From: Octopus vulgaris
Taxonomy: Eukaryota
Direction: 5' to 3'
Assembly: GCA_951406725.2 (NCBI GenBank)
Contig: OX597823.1
Span: 12,834,001-12,898,000 of the forward strand
DNA: 64,000 nucleotides
Shown: in pieces, positions 54,791-64,000 of the stretch
Position numbering within the stretch: the stretch's first letter is position 1
Layout of the letters: each line of letters opens with the position of its first letter
The notes under the pieces: generated by a model
Told to the model about the DNA's origin: nothing
Database searches by the model: none
The model's input: the letters and a program-made list of their open reading frames with translations, nothing else
Program-made: the position numbers and the translations under genes

Positions 54791-55019
54791 AATTTTTTTC
54801 TGCCCAGAATATTTAGGACAACAGTAGTAATAACAGCAGCAACAATAGTTAAAAAAAAAGAAAGAAAGTTTCTTGCTTCCCGGCAGTGACCGTCACTACT
54901 CAAAAACAATTTAACCCGTGTCCATCGCCATGAGCTAAGCCCACGAACTACAATATAATCGACTAGCCTCCTCCCTTCAAAAATATTTCAGGACTTGTGA
55001 CTTTAGTTGAACTAGGGGT

Positions 55020-55590
55020 TTCAAATTTTAACTCCAAGACCAATAATTTCGAGTGGAGCGGGTTGATTGCATCAACTCCGGTGTTCAACTTGTACATTAT
55101 TTTTATCAATCTCAATTGGATGAGCGGCAAAGTCGGTAGAATTTGATCTTAGAACGCAAAGACGGACGAAATAACTATTGCTTTACTACTCACAACGGGC
55201 TAAACACAGAGGGGACAAACAAGGACAGACAAACGGGCTAAGTCAATTATATAGACCCCAGTGCATGATTGGTACTTATTTAATCGATCCCGAAAGGATG
55301 AAAGGCAAGTCGACCTCGGCGGAATTTGAACGCAGAACGTAGCGGCAGACGAAATACCTGTTTCTTTATTACCCACAAGGGGCTAAACATAAAGGGGACA
55401 AACAAGGACATACAAAGGGATTAAGACGATTACATCGACCCCAGTGCGTAACTGGTACTTAATTTATCGACCCCGAAAAGATGAAAGGCAAAGTCAACCT
55501 CGGTGGAATTTGAACTCAGAACGTAGCGGCAGACAAAATACGGCTACGCATTTCACCCGGCGTGCTCACCTTTCTGCCAGCTCGCTGCCT
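55020..55590 (-). mobile_element. SINE family B tandem array of three units
   Basis: Units joined at GACGAAATA(C/A)C|T(A/G)TT(T/G)CTTTA near 55175 and 55358. Confidence 0.85.
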
Positions 55591-57598
55591 TACTTTTAAG
55601 AGAAACAAAAATTATAATTATTATTGTTGATGATAGTAATGTTCTTGGTGATGACGACAATGTGGTTTTTATTTTACTTCTTGTATACGAAGGGGAGGAA
55701 GCATTGAAAAGGAAAGGAAAAAAAGAGGTGGAGGAGGAGGAAAGGAAGAAGAGAAGGAGGTAGGGGAGAAGAAGGAAGAGGGGAAAGAGAAGCAGGTGGA
55801 GAAGGGGTATTAGGAACTTGAGAGTTGAAGAATTCAAAGGTAAATGAACATTTGTTTTCAGCAAGATACCGAATCATTTTCAACGAAAATAAAAGGTGGT
55901 GGAGTACGATGTATCGAAAACGACTATATAAAAAGAATTGCTGTGTATGGGAATCTTGGAAAAGATCTATCTTTTACTAGATGCCCACTTTTAGTCTAAA
56001 CTATATGTAGAAATAGGTACCATAAAAGCGCTTGCATATATTTGAAATTATAGCAGAGTTATGAATAATCAAGTAAAGCGATAACACAATAACAGAGCAA
56101 ATAACGTATCAGGTAATAACAAACTGACTATATTTCAATGATAAAAAAATCATATATACAGTGAGATGAAGACAAAAATTACCTAAATAGTATTGTCAGT
56201 GTCCGTGAGGCAAAAAGTGTTGTAATCGATATATCAATTCCAAAAGACGAGAATATGTGTGTAAAAGAAATGGATAAATGGATAACGCAAATATAAATAT
56301 TTGGAAATAGAAATCAGCAGATTGAGAGTTTTGCGAACTGAAACTTCTCCATAAAAATAATAGGTGCCTTGTGAATTATAATAAAATATACTGGCAAATA
56401 CCAAGCTTAAACACTGAGACTTATATAAATATAAGCATTGCGGAAAAATAGTTGAAATAAGCACTGTGAATATATAACGTAGAATATTTTTAATGGATGC
56501 CTAAAATATAAAAACTAGCATGCAAAAAGTTCAAAGAGATGTTCTCGGATGTGTTTTGAAAGCTCATAACACATAAAACTACAAATAACAATAATTATTA
56601 TTATTATTATCTTACATGGCCCATATCAATATATTTCGCCGCTTGAGGCAAACATTACTGAGGGTGGAATATTCTCGTTGAGTTCGTTTCATTAGGTAGA
56701 ATTAGGAAAACAATATTAGAAGTTGTCAGCTTCAGTTTTTGCCAAGAACATTCACAAGGTAAGTGATGTAAAATTGTTTCGGCAGGTGATGCAAATCATG
56801 TGGTTGATTTAGTTTACGAAAACCTATACGTCACTTAGCAGATCCTACAACACCTTAACTTAGTATAATATGGTTATACACCTACGGTGTATAAGAACAG
56901 AATTTAACCATGGTAGTAAACACCTAGTGATATACAAATAAATATACATACATACATACATACATACATACATACATACATACATACATGCATATATATA
57001 TACATACATATGTATGTACATAGAATTTCTGTATATGCGTGTGTATGTATATTTGCATGTATATGTGCGCATATGTATAGGCAATGCTTTCCAGAAATAT
57101 CTTTGACATGTTAGCAGTAAAGTAACAAGTCACATCCTATTTAGCTTCCTGTCTAATGGTACTGAAAAGGTCACAACCGACATTTGCTGTCTTTTTTTCA
57201 TATCTCATAATATTTTCTCTCGTTCTCCCTCTGTATAACCCTCTCATTCCCTCTCTCCATTAAAGAGAGAGAGAGAGAAAGAGAGAGCTTGGTAGTGATG
57301 GAGATAAACACAATTAGTGTTATCACAATTAGTGATGGAGATAAACACATATACACCATACATAAATAGACACATATTTCTACACATATTCAGAAAGAAA
57401 ATCACATTTATACATATACATATATATATATAAACAAATACGAGGGTCGGCTGAAAAGTTCATAGGCTGAACAAGATTCTCACATGGAATATGATTAAAT
57501 GAGGTTCCTTCTTCAATGTAGTTACCGCTTGTGGTTCTCATACTTCTTCCATCGGTCTCGCAGTGCTTGGACCCTATTGGTGAAGAAGCATTCATCCT

Positions 57599-57785
57599 GT
57601 TCTATATTTAAGAGATGAGGAATTATGTACATTATTTACATTCGACGGATATTTGTCCTCATCTTGTTTGTTGTTAACGCAACGTTTCGGCTGAAATACC
57701 CTCCAGCCTTCTTCAGGTGTCTTGGAGAAATTTCATACCTGGGTTCTCATTCCTAATATATTTTTAGGTGTTATCATTATTATTA

Positions 57786-57852
<67 letters not shown>

Positions 57853-58030
57853 CATTATTGTTGTTGTTGTTGTTGTTGTTAGTGTTCAGGTCTCTGCTTT
57901 GAATCGAACTCGGAATCTTGGGATTAGTAACCCGCACTCTTAATCACTTCGCCATATGCCCCTTGGACATATGGTGTAGTGGTTACAAGATGAGGACAAA
58001 TATCCGTCGAATGTAAATAATGTAAATAAT
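57599..58030 (-). mobile_element. tRNA-head + (AAT)n + hammerhead + tail element (family T), copy 2, with inverted 5' structure
   Basis: Exact 11-bp TSD GCATTCATCCT (57588-57598 / 58031-58041); homologous to 37549-37885. Confidence 0.88.
57676..57721 (-). ncRNA. Type I hammerhead motif in family T
   Basis: GACAC CTGAAGA A GGCTG GAGGGTATTT CAGCC GAAA CGT T^GCGTT; intact core, ACGT palindrome, one mismatch in stem I. Confidence 0.75.
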
Positions 58031-58340
58031 GCATTCATCCTTTTGGTAAAAAAAAAAAAAGGTCATCAACAGTAGATATGACATCATCATCAATGCAATA
58101 CTGGTTCTCAGTTAAGTGTAGTTTCAATGTTGGGAAACAAATAATTGTTAGATGGGGCGAAATCAGGAGAATAGGGCGGGGTTGATCAACCAATTTAAAG
58201 CCACATTACCCATTGAAACCAAGAGACTTGTGTGCTGGAACATTGTCCTGGTGAAACGATATCCCATTCATCATTTTCCTAGGGTGTTTGGTCTTGATAG
58301 CCCTTTGTAACTGCCTGAACATGTTGGCATTGTATTACCC

Positions 58341-58566
58341 ATTTCTTTATTACCCACAAGGGGCTAAACACAGAGGGGACAAACAAGGACAGACATAGGT
58401 ATTAAGTCGATTACATCGACCCCAGTGCGTAACTGGTACTTAATTTATCGACCCCGAAAGGATGAAAGGCAAAGTCGACCTCGGTTGAATTTGAACTCAC
58501 AACGTAACGCAGACGAAATACCGCTAAGCATTTCGCCCGGCGTGCTAACGTTTCTGCCAGCTCGCC
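58341..58566 (-). mobile_element. SINE family B with 14-bp TSD
   Basis: GCATTGTATTACCC at 58327-58340 and 58567-58580. Confidence 0.9.
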
Positions 58567-58947
58567 GCATTGTATTACCCGCTGATGGTGTGACCCATCG
58601 CATGAGAGTCAGTAGGCAATGACTTTTGCATCCGAAAAAACTGAGGCCATCATCTTCTTTGTAGATGAAATGAACTTAGCGTTCTTTGGAGTAGGTAAGG
58701 TAGTGTGTTACCACTTCATGGTTTGTCACTCACTCTCTCGTTCTGGGTAAAGAAGCGTTCAAGAAAACCAGCTGAATCAACCTCAATAGCAGATATTCCT
58801 ATGATGTGGGCAGTCAGATGTCAGACGACATGGCCGAAACATTCGTCATGTCGAGGAGAAATTACGTTTAGCCAAAACCCCGATTTCTGTTATAGTCACC
58901 CTTGACGCCGTGAATCTAGTCCTGGATGAAGAATTTGGATATATATA

Positions 58948-59120
58948 TAAAGTTAATCCAAACAAGAAAACAAAAAAACACAACAACGCAACGACGTGGA
59001 ACAAATAAAGTATTATTGGACGCTCAGGAAAGAAGGAAAGAAGGAGGGTTTAACGTTTCGAGCGGAGCTCTTCGTCGGAAACAAAGGAGAAGGAAAGATC
59101 CCGAGAAGGGAAGACAGAGG

Positions 59121-59122
<2 letters not shown>
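58948..59122 (-). mobile_element. Hammerhead-tail family H copy, motif at 59048-59082
   Basis: Minus strand: GTTT CCGACGA A GAGC TCC GCTC GAAA CGT T^AAAC; all stems intact, U4C core. Confidence 0.82.
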
Positions 59123-59192
<70 letters not shown>

Positions 59193-59846
59193 TATGTATA
59201 TTTATGTGTGTGTATATATATATTGCACACATGTATATGTGTGTATATATATATTATATGTATGTTGAGGTGTATTCGATTAAGAACGTATTAGATTTCT
59301 AAATAAAACTCGTTCACCCTTTGAATTACCTGATACCAAGCAGTATTATGGCATACTACATATTCTAATTTTAGGCATTTGATACACGTGAATAAAATCT
59401 GTTTAGTATGTATGCATAAGTGTGTGTGTGCGTGTATGTATATGTGTATGTATGTATGCATGTATTTATATATGCATGTATGTATGTATTTGTATTCATG
59501 TAGGTATGAGGTGATACAACTAGGTCCTATTATACAGATAAACAGGTAAACGGTTAATTTAAATTTTAATCCTGTATCGAAACATGTGTAGTGATCATTA
59601 AAAAAACTGCCGAATCGTACTCCATCATACTTTTGACTCTATTTATTCTTACATTTTTTATTGTATATATGTATATTTTAAAATGTCTTTATATTTTTAT
59701 TTAGTTTCAGCTCACAAGCTGTGGCCATGCTGGGGCACCGCCATATATATATATATATATATACATACATGCATACAAATATATATATATATATATATAT
59801 ACATACATGCATACAAATATATATATATATATATACATACATGCAT

Positions 59847-59923
<77 letters not shown>

Positions 59924-62165
59924 TGTGCATACAAACATAATTACTAAACAGGTTTTATTCACGCGTATCGAATTATATAGAAATGAAATTGTAAATGCAC
60001 TTGAATTCTTTAAGGAGATTTATTTACATGAGCTGAATGGTTTTCACAATTTCATTGGAATGAGGAATGTAGAGCGATGCTGCAACTGTGTCGTCTCTAA
60101 CCAGGTTTTCAATTTTTCTTTTTATATAAAGGGATTATTGCTTTAAATAATTTGCTTAACTTTATGCAACGTCTGCATGTAACTAACTTAATGTAACTGA
60201 TTCAAGTTTAACTATGTAACTAATTAAACAAATGTGAGTCCAAGCGGGTGTCACATGACTGCTTGAACAAAAATTGTGTGTAGCAAAATAGACTGCTTGA
60301 TTCTATCTGTGTAACAGTAAATAATATAACTCAATGTATGTGTTTATATAGCTGTGTATATGTTTGTGTGTAAGCTTACACCAATTGCGTAATATCTAGA
60401 TACATCAATGAAATAGTTGTAATTAAATTTATATTTTTAATACGATGTTATATCTTCCAAAACCGTGGTTTGTTTTTTCAAAGAATATATTTGGTGCATT
60501 TACCCGTTTTGATCTGTTGTTTACTTTAAATAAACTATAGTAGGAACACAGGGGGACGCGGAATTCTGCGCATAAATTTGTAAGTTAAATATGCTAGAAT
60601 CTTGTATTCGTTGACCGTGGACGGTCAATATTTTTTTACAGATTAAATTTAGTTTATCTTATGTAATTTTCGTTACATCCATTGAATTTCGTGTTGCATG
60701 ACAAACATAATTTGTATTTTCGATAGAGCTTTATAAAGATACTCCATGATATAATAACTCCCACACAAAACTAACTTTGAATACAATACTAGGATTGCCA
60801 TATTCTTTTCTGAAGGGTCACAGCTTGCATCTCAATATTTAGATACGTAGTCATGGTAACAAATTTTACAGTAAACAACATGGAGGATCTGGATTTCTTT
60901 CTTTCACTCTGTTCTATTAATACCCTACAACATAACGGCAAGGCAGAAATAGTAAAGCCAATTAGCAGACGACAAATTTCTTCATTTCATATTCGTCACT
61001 TTCCCTTCTAAGTTTCAATCATACCAGTTTTTATTTGGTAGGCATTAAACTTTACTCCCCGCCCAAAATTTTCATCTATAATCTGTTATCAATGCACGAA
61101 TTTCTGTTATATTAATTCAGGGTTTGACGTTTAGATACACAATTCCCGCTGGACAAATCGACAATCTATTTAAATGCTTGATTTACATACTAGCATTTAA
61201 CTACTCACAAATATCGATCTATTAAAAAATTTTACCGTGAAAATAACATCTGTCAGTATCCCGTTAACATTATTGATTTGTGATAGGATAAATCGAAAAG
61301 AAAAGAAAGAAAGCGTACTTTTCTGTTGTATTTCTGGTTTTATTAATTATATATATTTGTTTCATTTGGAAAATGCACAAATACTACACATTTTAAATCA
61401 ACAAGATAGCATTTAAAAAAATATATATATATATATAATTGTGCCTTTCCTTCATATACAAGCATCGTGAATAAGGTGATCAGTCGGAAAACAAAAAATG
61501 GAGAGAGAAGCTGCTGTCTCAACTTACCAGGATCATAAGAATTCCCTCTTTAGTTATCCGTTTTGTGAATTAGATAGCTGTAGCGGCATCGATGAACTAT
61601 ATTATGTGCCACGAAGACAGAGATGCACAAAATCAGATTAAGTTGGATTTTAGTTGAAAACATAAAACAAAATTAAATAAAACAAGTATTACCAATTTCC
61701 TTGTTGTTGCTATTGTGATTGTTATTGTTGCTGAGCTGTTTCAGTTTGACTCAACGGACGATTTTTCATGGCGCAAATATACAATCCCAAGCATTCTAGT
61801 TACAACTATGTAGCATTTTTAACGCTTCCAAGGATCAAATTATTCAATATTTCTACTTTCCTATGACGATAATTTGTATGAGAATTGGTTGTTATTTCTA
61901 GTTATTTGATCGACCACTTAAAGCTTTCTACCTTTGCTTGATTATTAGTTTAACTATTTATTCAGGTGTTCTGGTTCTTCTGGCTTAGCGAACCCATTCA
62001 TTACCATCTAATAAATTAACATAATGATAGTGTCTAATAATTGCAGACCCCTTTTCCATTGGCAGTCCCTTCATGTCAAATCACCAATCAGTATCTCTCC
62101 AAAACCCCTATTTAATATTTATGATAACTTTCAATACACTATATATACATATACATACATACATA

Positions 62166-62236
<71 letters not shown>

Positions 62237-62342
62237 GTACATACATACATGCATACATACATCTATATATATATGTGCACATGTATATAAATATATATAT
62301 GTATGCACATATGAATATATTTATATTTATATTCATATTATG

Positions 62343-62417
<75 letters not shown>

Positions 62418-62894
62418 CTAAGTGTGTTTGTATGTATGTATATTCCCTGAAATGGTTGAAGTGAGATGCTACTATTGTTCACACAATTATGGCCAAATGA
62501 AATAACTGGTTAATGCGGCATTCATTTAACTCTACGAAGCGTGTTCGTTAATTAAGTAAATGAAGAGCTAGAGAACTGTTAAGCAATGAATCGTACCATC
62601 TTTATTCTATACATGCTGAATATATTTCCCCTTAAGAATGCATTGTAGGAATCTTAATGTTAATGAATGAGAAATTGGTTAATCATAATATTCACAATGG
62701 CTCATGCAAGCACGCGAGCGCGCGCGCGCACACACACACACACACACACAGGCACGCAGGCACGCACATACTACGTACATACATATATGTATGCATACCT
62801 ACGTATATACATGTATGCATCCATCACAAACAGGCACATATATACGTGTTTACACACAAACACACACATATATATATGCACATATATGTATGTA

Positions 62895-62940
<46 letters not shown>

Positions 62941-64000
62941 CACACACGCGCGTGCACACACACACACACACACGCATGTATATATATACATATATATATT
63001 TTTATATATATATATATATTTATATTTACGCATATGCGTAGCACTTAATATTCGTGAAATGACTATGGATTTTCTAATTAGTGCCTTAATAGCGCTGTAT
63101 ATCGAATGATAAATTATCAATGAGAACCATTTATACGACACACCTTTTGTTAGCACTGGGGAGAAACAATGTATTATAGCGCCTTATGTTATATATTTTC
63201 ACTCACAGACAGACTGCCATTATCTCGGATTCGAGAAGAAGACCTCTGAACTTTGAACTAAACTATATCGCATTTTCTGAAGTCACTTCACTCACATAAT
63301 CTATTGATTATCAGTGCAGTACAGTATAACAGAAATGAATTCAATTCAAAAGCGAACATATTCTCTCTGTTCCTTAAAGAAGACAGTTGTTCAATTTAAT
63401 CTAGCTATATTGAAATGCATCGAAGTTTATATCCTAGTTATTCCACCACCAACGCATTCCATAACGAGTAAATGCGATCATCTCAATTTACAATATACTT
63501 TTCCCATGATTAATTTTATTTCTCTATTGACAACCTCTATAGGGCAAATTGAAAAGCTGCTGATACTAGCTGGCAAATTTGAATTTGAAACTAGGTTATA
63601 AATATTTCACATGATAACTGATGATTCCTAATGTTTCTGTCTCTCAAGTCAGAAATTGCTGCCAAATAAAACCTACATGTTTGTTACAAGTCTTAGACAG
63701 CCAACAGTCTCTGAAAGTTCATTTTGATGACTCGAAATATTTACCATTGTGCAAACGTTATTACAAAGGAACGTCTGCCGCTTCATGATAAGGAGTTAAT
63801 CGTATTTGATCAGCTGCTGAAATTCCGCAAAACGCATGTAAAATATACGTAAATCTCCAATGTAAAATTTATGATAGAATATTTGGTACTGCGCTGTTTC
63901 GCTACAGCCAAAGAAATTCATAGGATTGTCAGCATATGATGCCCACAAAAATACGCTTCAAATCGAACGGTAAAGTAAGGGAGTGATTGACCTATTTTGT

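Larger units (their letters stand above)
57440..58930 (-). mobile_element. Decayed mariner-like element hosting two younger insertions
   Basis: TA-CGAGGGTCGGCTGAAAAGTTC TIR-like end; minus strand near 58150-58180 encodes PPYSPDFAPS. Confidence 0.7.

Overview
AT-rich eukaryotic non-coding DNA with no intact host gene, and no rRNA, true tRNA or CRISPR. Dense (TA)n, (CA)n, (AAT)n and (GATA)n microsatellites and the tRNA-derived SINE families point to an octopus/coleoid cephalopod intron or intergenic region (inference). Nearly all listed ORFs are microsatellite artefacts. The real coding remnants are decayed transposons: Penelope-like RT and GIY-YIG, Tx1/L1, R4/Dong, RTE, CR1-like, mariner and a Chapaev3-like transposase, plus a non-coding Helitron. 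The main hidden signal is about 20 type I hammerhead ribozyme motifs (CTGANGA...GAAA, palindromic stem III) from roughly 10-12 unrelated sequence families. Most lie in short elements embedded in (TA)n tracts. Three of these elements are long fold-back palindromes with one outward-facing hammerhead per arm. One family, present twice with target-site duplications, joins a tRNA-like Pol III head, (AAT)n, a hammerhead and a short tail, and looks like a hammerhead SINE that may be mobilised by Penelope-like elements. All folds were read by eye. Ribozyme activity is untested, and element boundaries are approximate unless a TSD or TIR is quoted.
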